A stretch of 64,000 nucleotides of DNA from Candidatus Sysuimicrobiota bacterium (GTDB taxonomy: Bacteria; Sysuimicrobiota; Sysuimicrobiia; Sysuimicrobiales; Sysuimicrobiaceae). The DNA lies in the NCBI GenBank assembly GCA_040289515.1, contig PSLI01000005.1, positions 12,207 to 76,206 of the forward strand. Direction: 5' to 3'. A program made the position numbers and the translations under genes. Below the pieces are notes generated by a model. That model did no database searches and was not told the origin of the DNA. It saw nothing but the letters and a program-made list of their open reading frames with translations. Positions 40,744-54,966 of the stretch are shown here, piece after piece; positions within the stretch are counted from its first letter, which is position 1, and each line of letters opens with the position of its first letter.

Positions 40744-40851
40744 ATGGAAGCTTGGCTCGCACTGGGATCCTTCGTGCTGCTGTTCTGCGCGTGGGTGGTG
40801 CTGCCCAGCCGGCTTTTGCGGCGCGCGCGGCGGGCCGAGGAGGAGGTTTGA
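40744..40851 (+). CDS. Unannotated 35-aa single-TM peptide MEAWLALGSFVLLFCAWVVLPSRLLRRARRAEEEV
   Basis: Double SD AAAGGAGGTCGGAGG, ATG, hydrophobic helix then Arg cluster; fills the amtB-glnA gap. Confidence 0.75.
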   Translation: MEAWLALGSFVLLFCAWVVLPSRLLRRARRAEEEV

Positions 40852-40951
40852 CAGCCGGCCCGGGGTTGTGCTATAAGAGCTGCGAACCCAATCGGGAATC
40901 CTGCGGGCCGCGACGCCCCTGCGCCATCGGCGCCGGGGCGTCTTTGCGTTT
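40848..40951 (+). promoter_or_regulatory. glnA promoter and leader with one hairpin/terminator module
   Basis: TTGACA-18-TATAAG; GGGC-CGCGAC-GCCC overlapping terminator 40912-40951. Confidence 0.8.
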
Positions 40952-40987
40952 CGGGGAAAGACTTCTGAGGAGCGGAGGTGCAGACAG

Positions 40988-42427
40988 ATGGTTCCAAGGA
41001 CGCCCAGCGACGTGCTGGCCCTGATCAAGGAGAAGGAGATCCAGATGGTGGACCTGCGGTTCACCGACCTGCCGGGGACCTGGCAGCACACCTCCGTCCC
41101 CGCCTCCCAGGTAGACCTGTCCACCTTCACCAAGGGCATCGGGTTCGACGGCAGCAGCATCCGGGGCTTCCAGGCCATCCAGGAGAGCGACATGCTGCTG
41201 GTGCCAGACCCCAGCACCGCCTTCGTGGATCCCTTCCTGGAGATCCCCACTCTGGTCATGATCTGCGACGTGGTGGACCCGGAGACCCGGGCCCCCTACT
41301 CCCGTGACCCCCGGTACGTGGCCCGCAAGGCGGAGGCGTACCTGAAGGAAACGGGGATCGCGGACCTGAGCTTCTGGGGCCCGGAGATCGAGTTCTTCAT
41401 CTTCGACCACGTCACCTACGAGGTGGCGCCCCACCGGATGGGCTACTCCATCGACAGCCGGGAGGGCATCTGGAACAGCGGCAACGGGGAAGGGAAGAAT
41501 CTGGGCTACAAGATCCGGCCCAAGGAGGGGTACTTCCCCACCCCGCCCACCGACACCTTCCAGGACATCCGCAGCGAGGCGGCCCTCCTCCTGGAACGGA
41601 TCGGCATCCCCGTGGAGATGCACCACCACGAGGTGGCCACCGCCGGCCAGGCGGAGGTGGACATGGAGCGGGACAGCCTGGTGCGCATGGCGGACAAGGT
41701 CATGGTGTACAAGTACGTGATGCGGAACGTGGCCCGGCGCCACGGTTGCACCGTGACCTTTATGCCCAAACCCCTCTTCGGCGACAACGGGAACGGCATG
41801 CACACCCACCAGAGCCTGTGGAAGGACGGCCGCAACCTGTTTTACGCGGAGGGCGGCTACGCGGAGCTCAGCCCTCTCGCCCTCCACTACGTGGCCGGTC
41901 TGCTCACCCACGTGGACAGCTTGCTGGGCTTCACCAGCCCCACCACCAACTCCTACAAGCGGCTGGTTCCCCACTACGAGGCGCCCGTGAACGTGGCCTT
42001 CAGCAAGCGCAACCGCAGCGCCTGCGTGCGCATCCCCATGTACTATTCCGGTCCGGAATCTGCGGCCAGCAAGCGGGTCGAGTTCCGGCCTCCGGATCCC
42101 AGCTGCAACCCGTACCTGGCCTTCGCGGCTATGCTCATGGCAGGGCTGGACGGCGTTCGCCGGAAGCTGGACGCTTCCCCCTTCGGGTCCCTGGACGTGA
42201 ACACCTATGAGTTGCCGCCGGAGGAGGCAGCCCGGGTGAAGAGCGTGCCCGGCTCCCTGGGGGCGGTGCTGGACGCCCTGGAGGCGGACCACGAGTACCT
42301 GCTGGAGGGCGACGTGTTCACCCGGGACCTGATCGACACCTGGGTGGCGTACAAGCGGGAACGCGAGCTCCACGAGGTGAACATCCGGCCCCACCCGTAC
42401 GAGTTCTACCTGTACTTCGACGTCTGA
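40988..42427 (+). CDS. glnA: Glutamine synthetase type I
   Basis: FDGSSI, HHHEVAT, TFMPKP..DNGNGMHTHQSL, NSYKRLVP, NRSACVRIP, RVEFR. Confidence 0.98.
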   Translation: MVPRTPSDVLALIKEKEIQMVDLRFTDLPGTWQHTSVPASQVDLSTFTKGIGFDGSSIRGFQAIQESDMLLVPDPSTAFVDPFLEIPTLVMICDVVDPETRAPYSRDPRYVARKAEAYLKETGIADLSFWGPEIEFFIFDHVTYEVAPHRMGYSIDSREGIWNSGNGEGKNLGYKIRPKEGYFPTPPTDTFQDIRSEAALLLERIGIPVEMHHHEVATAGQAEVDMERDSLVRMADKVMVYKYVMRNVARRHGCTVTFMPKPLFGDNGNGMHTHQSLWKDGRNLFYAEGGYAELSPLALHYVAGLLTHVDSLLGFTSPTTNSYKRLVPHYEAPVNVAFSKRNRSACVRIPMYYSGPESAASKRVEFRPPDPSCNPYLAFAAMLMAGLDGVRRKLDASPFGSLDVNTYELPPEEAARVKSVPGSLGAVLDALEADHEYLLEGDVFTRDLIDTWVAYKRERELHEVNIRPHPYEFYLYFDV

Positions 42428-42435
42428 CGGCGCTT

Positions 42436-42468
42436 CTGGGGTCCGGGAGCACCTCCCGGGCCCCAGCG
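42436..42468. terminator. Hairpin between convergent glnA and EVE genes
   Basis: CTGGGGTCCGGGAG/CTCCCGGGCCCCAG. Confidence 0.6.
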
Positions 42469-42469
42469 T

Positions 42470-42877
42470 TCACAGCCCCGCCATCTGCAGCAGCACCCGC
42501 CAGCTGGCCTCGTCCACGGGCACCACCGACAGCCGCGGCTGACGGACCAGGGCCAAGCCCCGCAGGCGAGCTTCCGCCTTGATCTGCGCCAGGGTCACGG
42601 GCCGGGGCAGTGCACGCACGGCCCGCACGTCTACCACCACCCGGCGGCCCGCCGGATCGCGGGGGTCGGGGTAGGCTTCCCGCACTACCTCCACGATGCC
42701 CACCGCCTGCCGCTCCCGCCCCGTGTGGTAAAACAGGGCCAGGTCCCCGCGCCGCATGGCCCGCAGGTTCCGAACCGCCTGGGGGTTGGTCACCCCGTCC
42801 CACACATCCACCCCAGCACGCACCTGGTCGTCCCAGGACCACTCCTCCGGCTCAGTCTTCAAAATCCAGTACGCCAC
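42470..42877 (-). CDS. EVE domain protein
   Basis: YWILKTEP, WDGVTN, FYHTG, RLSVVPV. Confidence 0.93.
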   Translation of the reverse strand: MAYWILKTEPEEWSWDDQVRAGVDVWDGVTNPQAVRNLRAMRRGDLALFYHTGRERQAVGIVEVVREAYPDPRDPAGRRVVVDVRAVRALPRPVTLAQIKAEARLRGLALVRQPRLSVVPVDEASWRVLLQMAGL

Positions 42878-42958
42878 CGCTCCCTCCGGTGCGAGGCCTG
42901 CGGCCTTCATGCTAACATGGCGGCGGTTCTCCGCACGAAGCCACGGGGAGACGTAGGT

Positions 42959-46258
<3,300 letters not shown>

Positions 46259-46274
46259 CCGAGGGAGGCGAAGG

Positions 46275-47216
46275 ATGGACCGACGTGGGTGGCTGGTGGC
46301 GGCCGTCGCGCTGGGGGTGATCCTGGCGGCAGGTACGGTGGTGGCGGTGCGCTGGACGCGGCGGGGTCCTGCATTGGCGGCCACGGTGAACGGCGAGCCC
46401 ATCTACGCCGCGGAGGTGGACCGCTACGTGCGGGAGATCGGTGCCCGGTTCGGGGTGGACTTCTCCAAGGGGGAGGCAGCCCGCCAGCGTGCCCAGGTCG
46501 CCCGCAGCGTACTGGACCAGCTCATCGACCGCACCCTCATCCTCCAGGAGGCTCGCCGGACCGGCCATCTCGCCTCGGAGGCTGAGGTGGACGCCCGGCT
46601 GGCGCAGATCGCTAAGAGCTTTCCCACCACGGAGGAGTTCGAGCGCACATTAAAGCAGCAGGGCGTCTCCCAAGCGGAGCTGCGGGAGCGGGTCCGGTTC
46701 GAGCTCACCGTGCGACGCCTTCTGGGCCGGATGCCCACCCCGGACGTGACGGAGCAGGAGGCCCGGGCGTACTTTGAATCGCACCGCAAGGCCTTCGACG
46801 AGCCGGAGCGGGTTCGGGCTCGCCACATCCTGGTGCAGACGGAATCCCAGGCCCGCCTGGTGCTGGCCCGCCTGCGGGCCGGGGAGCCCTTCGACCGGCT
46901 GGCCCGGGAGCTGAGCCAGGACCCAGCTAGCCGCGACCAGGGCGGCGAGCTGGGCCTGGTGGCACCAGGCCAGACGGTTCCCGAGTTCGAGCGCGCTGCC
47001 TTTGCCCTCAAAGCCGGGCAGCTCAGCGAGCCGGTGCGGAGCCGTTTTGGCTATCACGTGATCCAGGTCACGCAGCGTCTGCCCGCCAAGGAGGCTACGT
47101 GGGAGGGGGTCCGCCAGCAGGTGCTGCAGCTGGTGCGGGAGAACAAGCGCCGGGAGGCTTTTGAAGCCTGGCTGAAGGGCGTGCGGGCGCGCGCCAGGAT
47201 CGTGGCGTACCTGTGA
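46275..47216 (+). CDS. prsA: PrsA/SurA-like parvulin peptidyl-prolyl isomerase
   Basis: N-terminal TM, RARHILV, SQD..GGELG, FGYHVI. Confidence 0.9.
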   Translation: MDRRGWLVAAVALGVILAAGTVVAVRWTRRGPALAATVNGEPIYAAEVDRYVREIGARFGVDFSKGEAARQRAQVARSVLDQLIDRTLILQEARRTGHLASEAEVDARLAQIAKSFPTTEEFERTLKQQGVSQAELRERVRFELTVRRLLGRMPTPDVTEQEARAYFESHRKAFDEPERVRARHILVQTESQARLVLARLRAGEPFDRLARELSQDPASRDQGGELGLVAPGQTVPEFERAAFALKAGQLSEPVRSRFGYHVIQVTQRLPAKEATWEGVRQQVLQLVRENKRREAFEAWLKGVRARARIVAYL

Positions 47217-47992
47217 GCCGGCCCACCTTCGAGGACCTGGTGCGGGTGATGGCGACCCTCCGGGGTCCCGGGGGCTGCCCCTGGGACCGGGAACAGACGC
47301 ACACCTCCCTGCGAGCCTATCTCCTGGAGGAGGCGTACGAGGTCCTCGAGGCCATCGACGCCGGCGACCCGCAGCGCCTCCGGGAGGAACTGGGGGACCT
47401 GCTGCTGCAGGTGGTCTTCCACGCCCAGATCGCCTCCGAGCGCGGAGCGTTCACCATCTGGGACGTGGTGGCGGGCATCCACGACAAGCTGGTGCGTCGC
47501 CACCCCCACGTGTTCGGCGGATTACAGGGGATCCAGACCGCCCAGCAGGTGAAGGAGCGGTGGGACGCTCTGAAGCGCGCGGAGCGCCCAGACGCTGGGT
47601 CCGCCCTGGACGGGGTCCCCCCCTCCCTGCCGGCCCTGGCCCGCGCCCAGAAGCTGTACCAGCGGGCCTCGCAGGCGGGCTTCGAGTGGCCCAACGCGCG
47701 CAGCGCCCTGGACAAGGTGCACGAGGAGCTGGCCGAGCTGGACGCGGCGGTGAACATGCGGGACGCCGCCGCCATCCACGAGGAGGTCGGGGACGTCCTC
47801 CTGACGGTGGCAAAGGTGAGCGTCTTCGTGGGCGTGGACGCCGAGCAGGCGCTCCGGGACGCCTGCGGGAAGTTCATCCGCCGCTTCCAGTCCCTGGAAC
47901 GGCTGGCGGCAGAGCGGGGCCAGCGTATCGAACAGCTGTCCCTGCCGGAGCTGGAGGACCTGTGGCGGGAGGCCAAACACGCCGCGGGCTAG
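47213..47992 (+). CDS. mazG: Nucleoside triphosphate pyrophosphohydrolase
   Basis: GCPWDREQT, EELGDLLLQVVFH, RRHPHVF. Confidence 0.96.
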   Translation: MSRPTFEDLVRVMATLRGPGGCPWDREQTHTSLRAYLLEEAYEVLEAIDAGDPQRLREELGDLLLQVVFHAQIASERGAFTIWDVVAGIHDKLVRRHPHVFGGLQGIQTAQQVKERWDALKRAERPDAGSALDGVPPSLPALARAQKLYQRASQAGFEWPNARSALDKVHEELAELDAAVNMRDAAAIHEEVGDVLLTVAKVSVFVGVDAEQALRDACGKFIRRFQSLERLAAERGQRIEQLSLPELEDLWREAKHAAG

Positions 47993-47999
47993 GCTCCCT

Positions 48000-50247
<2,248 letters not shown>

Positions 50248-50349
50248 AGGCTCTCCTGTGGGGATGTCTCTGCAGCAGGAGACCGCGGTCCCCTCCGCGA
50301 AGGCCTGCAACGGCACAGGGGTGCCCTGAGGTGCCCACGGAGCGCATAC

Positions 50350-50679
50350 GTGGCGACCGACGCAGCGACGTTGCTCCGCCCACGGCGGGTGGCCTGGCTT
50401 CTGGGGCTGGCGGGCGCGGGATTGCTGGCCTTCTCCTCCGCGCAGGCGGTGCTGCGTCTGTACCACCTGACCGGCCAGCTGGCGCAGCTGGAGCACCGGC
50501 GCGACGCTCTGCTGCGGGAGAACCGTCGTCTGCGGGAGGAGCTCCGCCGGCTAAAGGATCCTGCCTATGTGGAACGCCTTGCGCGGGAGCAGCTGGGCCT
50601 GGTGCGCCCCGGGGAGATCGCCGTGGTGCTGATCCCCGAGCCCACCCCTTCCCCGCGCCCCAGCCCGCGTGCCCGCTAG
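50350..50679 (+). CDS. divIC: Septum formation initiator DivIC/FtsB
   Basis: TM plus coiled coil plus VERLAREQLGLVRPGE. Confidence 0.9.
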   Translation: MATDAATLLRPRRVAWLLGLAGAGLLAFSSAQAVLRLYHLTGQLAQLEHRRDALLRENRRLREELRRLKDPAYVERLAREQLGLVRPGEIAVVLIPEPTPSPRPSPRAR

Positions 50680-50780
50680 CTCGGTTCCAGGACTGGGCAC
50701 TTGCGGCCGGGGCGACCCTCTGGGAACAGCAAGGCCCGGCACGGACTACGTCCGTGCCGGGCCCGCTGGACACCCTCCGG

Positions 50781-51284
50781 TCACCGCGCCGCTCCGGCCA
50801 GCATCCTCTCGCCGGGTCCGGCCACCTCCACGGTTACCTTCCGCGGCAGGGCGCTCTCCACCACGGGGATCCGGATCTCCAGGACGCCGTGCTCGTACCG
50901 CGCGGACACCTGGTCCGTCTTCAGGTGCTGCGGCAGGGTGAGAGTCCGCTCGAACCGCCCGTAGGCCACCTCACTGAACAGGTAGTCGTCCCGGGGCACG
51001 TCCAGCCCCAGCTTGCGCTCGCCGCGGATGGTGAGCACATTGTCCGTCACGGTCACGTCCACGCTGTTCGGATCCACCCCGGGCAGGAAGCACCGCAGCA
51101 CCAGAGCGCCCCCGTGGTAGAAGGCCTCCATGGGAGGCACCCACTCCGCAGTCCGGGCCCTCACGCCCAGGGCCGCCTCCGTGGTGCCCAGCACCCGGTC
51201 AAAGAGGTTACTGATCTCCCGCTGGATGGCGCGGATCTCCTCGAAGGGGTCCCACCGATTCCACCGGCTCAGCACCTTCACCAC
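50781..51284 (-). CDS. Hsp20/alpha-crystallin small heat-shock protein
   Basis: WDPF, LPGV, LTIRGER, YGRFERTL, YEHGVLEI. Confidence 0.94.
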   Translation of the reverse strand: MVKVLSRWNRWDPFEEIRAIQREISNLFDRVLGTTEAALGVRARTAEWVPPMEAFYHGGALVLRCFLPGVDPNSVDVTVTDNVLTIRGERKLGLDVPRDDYLFSEVAYGRFERTLTLPQHLKTDQVSARYEHGVLEIRIPVVESALPRKVTVEVAGPGERMLAGAAR

Positions 51285-51294
51285 CTCCTCTCCC

Positions 51295-51374
51295 GAGTGT
51301 CAAGGGGAGCGTTTCACACTCCCATAGGTCTACATAGCAGAAGCCGAGGGGTTTGTCAAGCCTCCGCTTTGACA
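51295..51374 (-). promoter_or_regulatory. hsp20 promoter with two TGTCAA-N9-TT(G/C)ACA inverted repeats
   Basis: TTGACA-17-TATGTA; repeats at 51295-51321 and 51354-51374. Confidence 0.6.
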
Positions 51375-51379
51375 TACAT

Positions 51380-52050
51380 TCGCCGCACAGGAACCCCCGT
51401 TGCTGCCGCCCGGGGTCACCAGGTCCACCGGTCCTCCCCGGCTGGAGTACCACGCCCCGTTGCCGTCCGGCCCGGTGGTGCCTACTGCCACCACCTCGTC
51501 CAGGTTCGCAGGGCACGCCACCGTGCAGGTTCCACCCGGGCCCCTGTTGCCCGCGGCGGCCACCGCCAGCACCCCGCGCGCTACCACCTCCTGGACCGCC
51601 GAGCCCAGGCCATCCGGACGAGGAACGGGATCCTCGGTGCCCAGGCTCAGGTTGACCACCCTTGCCCCGCGCTCTGCGGCCCACCGCAGTGCCTCCTCCA
51701 CGTCCAGCAGACTGCCCGTGCCCTGCTCGTCCAGCAGCACCCGCCCCGACCAGTAAGGCCTACCCGCAGAGCCCCACGTCACGCCCGCCATGCCGCGTCC
51801 GTTGTTGGTCAGCGCTGTCAACACGCTGGCCACCATGGTCCCGTGGCTGGTACAGGCGAGGTTCGGGTCGTCTGGATCCGTGGGGTCAGGGTCGTGCGTG
51901 GCCCCCCGCCCCGCGGACGTACCCAGACGGCCCGCGACCGCGTGCGGATTTTCACCTCCGCCCCCGCAGCCCCGGCCACCTTCACAACCCGGTGCACGGG
52001 GACGCCGGATCGTGACCGTACCACGAGCCCCGGTGGAAACCTGGCGGGAC
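51380..52050 (-). pseudogene. Subtilisin-like S8 peptidase remnant
   Basis: HGTMVAS, VVNLSLG, AAAGN, PA..EVVAVG present; catalytic Asp region and GTSMA Ser absent. Confidence 0.8.
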
Positions 52051-52155
52051 CGGTTCGCCGCACCAGAGGGGAGAGTCCGGCGGAGCCCTGACAGCTGGCG
52101 GGGTTGGGAGGAGGTGCCGAAGCCATCCCGCTCCCTCGGCAAGCGGCCGGCAGCG

Positions 52156-53163
52156 CTAAGCCAGCTGGCGCCGCGACCAGCCTGGCGCTCCTCCCGCGGG
52201 CTGGTCCAGCCACTCGAAGGCCACCACGTGGAAGGTGGCCAGCCGACCGCTGGAGGAGAGAAGCCAGCACACCTCGATGGGCTGCGCAAAGTCCGGCTGC
52301 AGCCGGCCGTGCTGCAGCCAGTAACGCGCGTGTGGGTCTCCTAGAATGCTGGGGTTCGCCCTGGTCACCAGCCGTACCGGTCGGTCCACCAGGTGCACCT
52401 CCTCCAGCTCCGGGATCTGCCCCAGCCGGTGTAGCACCTCCCGTGCCACGGGTTCTTGGGGCAGAGGCCAGAGGTTCACGAGCCCCACGTTCCGCCGCAG
52501 CGGCCCCAGCACCTTCACGTTGGCCAGCTGAGCCGGAAAGCCCAGCTCCCGCACCGCCTCCAGCACCACCTCGTTGGCGCGTGCCACCGCCCGGCCGTGG
52601 TAGTCGGGGTTGGCCAGGGGTTTGAGCAGGTGCTTGAGCTTGCACCCCTCCCGGCCCGGGTTCTCACCGATCTTCGTGTGGGGAGGGTCGATGCCCAACT
52701 GCAGGGCCAGGGCCCGGATCTGGGGCTTGTCCAGGTCCAGCAGCGGTGCGTAGAAGCCGTTGCACACCTTCAGCCCCATCCGTCCCCAGGTGTCCGACCG
52801 GTTGGCGCCCGTGACCACCAGGCGTCCCCGGGCGGCCGCCTTCACCAACCCCAGCTTGATCTCCCGGGTGCACCGGTTGCAGGCGGGGCCCCCTGCCATG
52901 ATGCGGTCCTGCATGGCCTGCCCCAGCAGGCAGCGCTGCTGCAGCCCCAGCCGCTCTGCCATCTCCAGCACGATCTCGTTGCCCCGGCGGTACGCGTACT
53001 GGCCCATGTTGACGGTCACCAGCAGCACCCCATCCGGCCCCAGCGCTTCCCGGCACAGGGCCGCGGCCACGCTGCTATCCAAACCGCCGCTGAAAGCCAC
53101 CGCCACGGGCTCCCCGCGGGTGACCTGCCGGACCTCCTCCACCAGGGCCTCCAACAGCTCCAC
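52156..53163 (-). CDS. PP-loop (adenine nucleotide alpha-hydrolase) protein, distantly LarE/ExsB-like
   Basis: AFSGGLDSSV, CNRC, TGANRSD, APLLDLDK, GC. Confidence 0.8.
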   Translation of the reverse strand: MELLEALVEEVRQVTRGEPVAVAFSGGLDSSVAAALCREALGPDGVLLVTVNMGQYAYRRGNEIVLEMAERLGLQQRCLLGQAMQDRIMAGGPACNRCTREIKLGLVKAAARGRLVVTGANRSDTWGRMGLKVCNGFYAPLLDLDKPQIRALALQLGIDPPHTKIGENPGREGCKLKHLLKPLANPDYHGRAVARANEVVLEAVRELGFPAQLANVKVLGPLRRNVGLVNLWPLPQEPVAREVLHRLGQIPELEEVHLVDRPVRLVTRANPSILGDPHARYWLQHGRLQPDFAQPIEVCWLLSSSGRLATFHVVAFEWLDQPAGGAPGWSRRQLA

Positions 53164-53291
53164 GCTTTTTCAAATGTATGCCATCCGCGCTTGCGGACTG
53201 GTACGATCGTATGTTCGCATCTTTCGGCAGGGATAAGTTTCACGTAAAAGGGTAGGTGAGTCGGTCCAATCTGACCCAAGGGGGTTCCTGC

Positions 53292-54881
53292 ATGCGAACG
53301 GTTCTGTTGGCACTGGTCGCTGTAGCGGTGGCCCTGGCCGCGGGCCTGCCCGCAGCCAGCGGTCCGGCGACTCCTGCCCCGCAGCCCGGCGGCACCCTCG
53401 TCATCGGGCGCGGTGTGGACTCCGTCACCCTGAGCCCGTACGCATCGGCTTCCCCGGACGCGGAAGTGATCGCCCACGTGGCGGAGACCCTGTACCGGCT
53501 CACGCCCGAGGGCCGCATCGAGCCCCTGCTGGCGGACCGCCTGCCAGAGGTGTCTTCCGACGGCCGCTCCATGACCATCCGGCTCCGACGGGGGATCCGG
53601 TTCCACGACGGTACGCCCCTCGACGCAGCCGCCGTTAAGTGGAACTTCGACTTCATCCTGAATCCCGACAACCGCGCGCCCTTCCGTGCCATCCTTCTCG
53701 GCCAGGTCACCAGCGTGGACGTGGTGGACGCGTACACCGTGCGCCTGAATTTGAGCCGGCCCTTCGTGCCCCTGCTGGCCCACCTCACCCACGATTTCCT
53801 GGCCATCCACAGTCCCACCGCGGTGCAGCGTGCGGGCGGCATGCGGCCACCCACAGGGGAACCGTACGGCCGCGCACCCGTGGGAACCGGGCCCTTCCGA
53901 TTCCGGGAGTGGGTGCGGGGCGATCGCATCGTGCTGGAACGCAACCCGGACTACTGGGGGCCGCGCAAGCCCCTGCTGGACCAGGTGGTGTGGCGCGCCA
54001 TCCCCGACGACGGGGCCCGGGTCCTGGCCCTGGAGGGTGGCCAGGTCCACGTGGCGGTGCGTATCCCGCCCCGGGAGACCACGCGCCTTGCTTTGAACCG
54101 TGCCCTGCGCATCGACCGGACCAGCAGCGTCCGCACCATCTACATCGCCTTCAACAACCAAAAGCCACCCTTCACGGATGCCCGGGTCCGCCAGGCCTTC
54201 AACTACGCGGTGAACAAGCGGGCCATCGTGCAGACGGTGTTGGGGGGTGCCGCGCGGGTGTCCGACGCTCCCATCAGCCCAGGCATTGTGGGCTACAGCC
54301 CCATCCAGCCCGGTGGCTGGCCGTACGACGTGGAGCGCGCCAAACAGCTTCTGGCGGAGGCAGGACACGGCTCCGGCCTCAACGTCACCCTGCTGCACCC
54401 CACCGGGCGGTACGTGCAGGACGCCGCGGTGGCCGCTGCGGTGCAGGCCCAGCTGCGAGCCGTGGGGATCCACGCGCGGCTGCAGACCATGGAGTGGGCC
54501 GCCTACCTGGCGTTCACCAACCAGCCCGTGGACCGCACCCCCGTGGAGATGTTCATGCTGGGCTGGGGGACGGTGACGGGCGACGCGGACTACGGCCTGT
54601 TCAGCCTGTTCCACAGCAGCCAGTGGGCGCCCGCGGGGTTCAACCGGTTCTTCTATCGGAACCCGCAGGTGGATCAGCTCCTGGAGGAAGCCAGGTCCAT
54701 CCCCGACCCCGCCCGCCGCGCGGCCACGTACAAGCAGGCCATGGAACTCATCTGGCGCGACGCGCCGTGGCTGTTCCTGCACAGCGAGTCCCAGGTCACG
54801 GGGCTGCGGCGCGAGGTGCAGGGGCTGGTGGTGCACCCCACCGAGCGCATTCTGGCCCACACCGCCTGGCTCGCTCGGTAG
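53292..54881 (+). CDS. Family-5 ABC substrate-binding protein (dipeptide/glutathione-like)
   Basis: Signal peptide, FHDGTPLDA, PVGTGPF, VRQAFNYAVN. Confidence 0.93.
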   Translation: MRTVLLALVAVAVALAAGLPAASGPATPAPQPGGTLVIGRGVDSVTLSPYASASPDAEVIAHVAETLYRLTPEGRIEPLLADRLPEVSSDGRSMTIRLRRGIRFHDGTPLDAAAVKWNFDFILNPDNRAPFRAILLGQVTSVDVVDAYTVRLNLSRPFVPLLAHLTHDFLAIHSPTAVQRAGGMRPPTGEPYGRAPVGTGPFRFREWVRGDRIVLERNPDYWGPRKPLLDQVVWRAIPDDGARVLALEGGQVHVAVRIPPRETTRLALNRALRIDRTSSVRTIYIAFNNQKPPFTDARVRQAFNYAVNKRAIVQTVLGGAARVSDAPISPGIVGYSPIQPGGWPYDVERAKQLLAEAGHGSGLNVTLLHPTGRYVQDAAVAAAVQAQLRAVGIHARLQTMEWAAYLAFTNQPVDRTPVEMFMLGWGTVTGDADYGLFSLFHSSQWAPAGFNRFFYRNPQVDQLLEEARSIPDPARRAATYKQAMELIWRDAPWLFLHSESQVTGLRREVQGLVVHPTERILAHTAWLAR

Positions 54882-54966
54882 CACCCACGGGCAGCATGGA
54901 GAACCGCGCGGGGGTCGGCTCCGCCGGCCCCCGCGCTTCGGTACGATGAGACGCGGGTGAGCCGTC

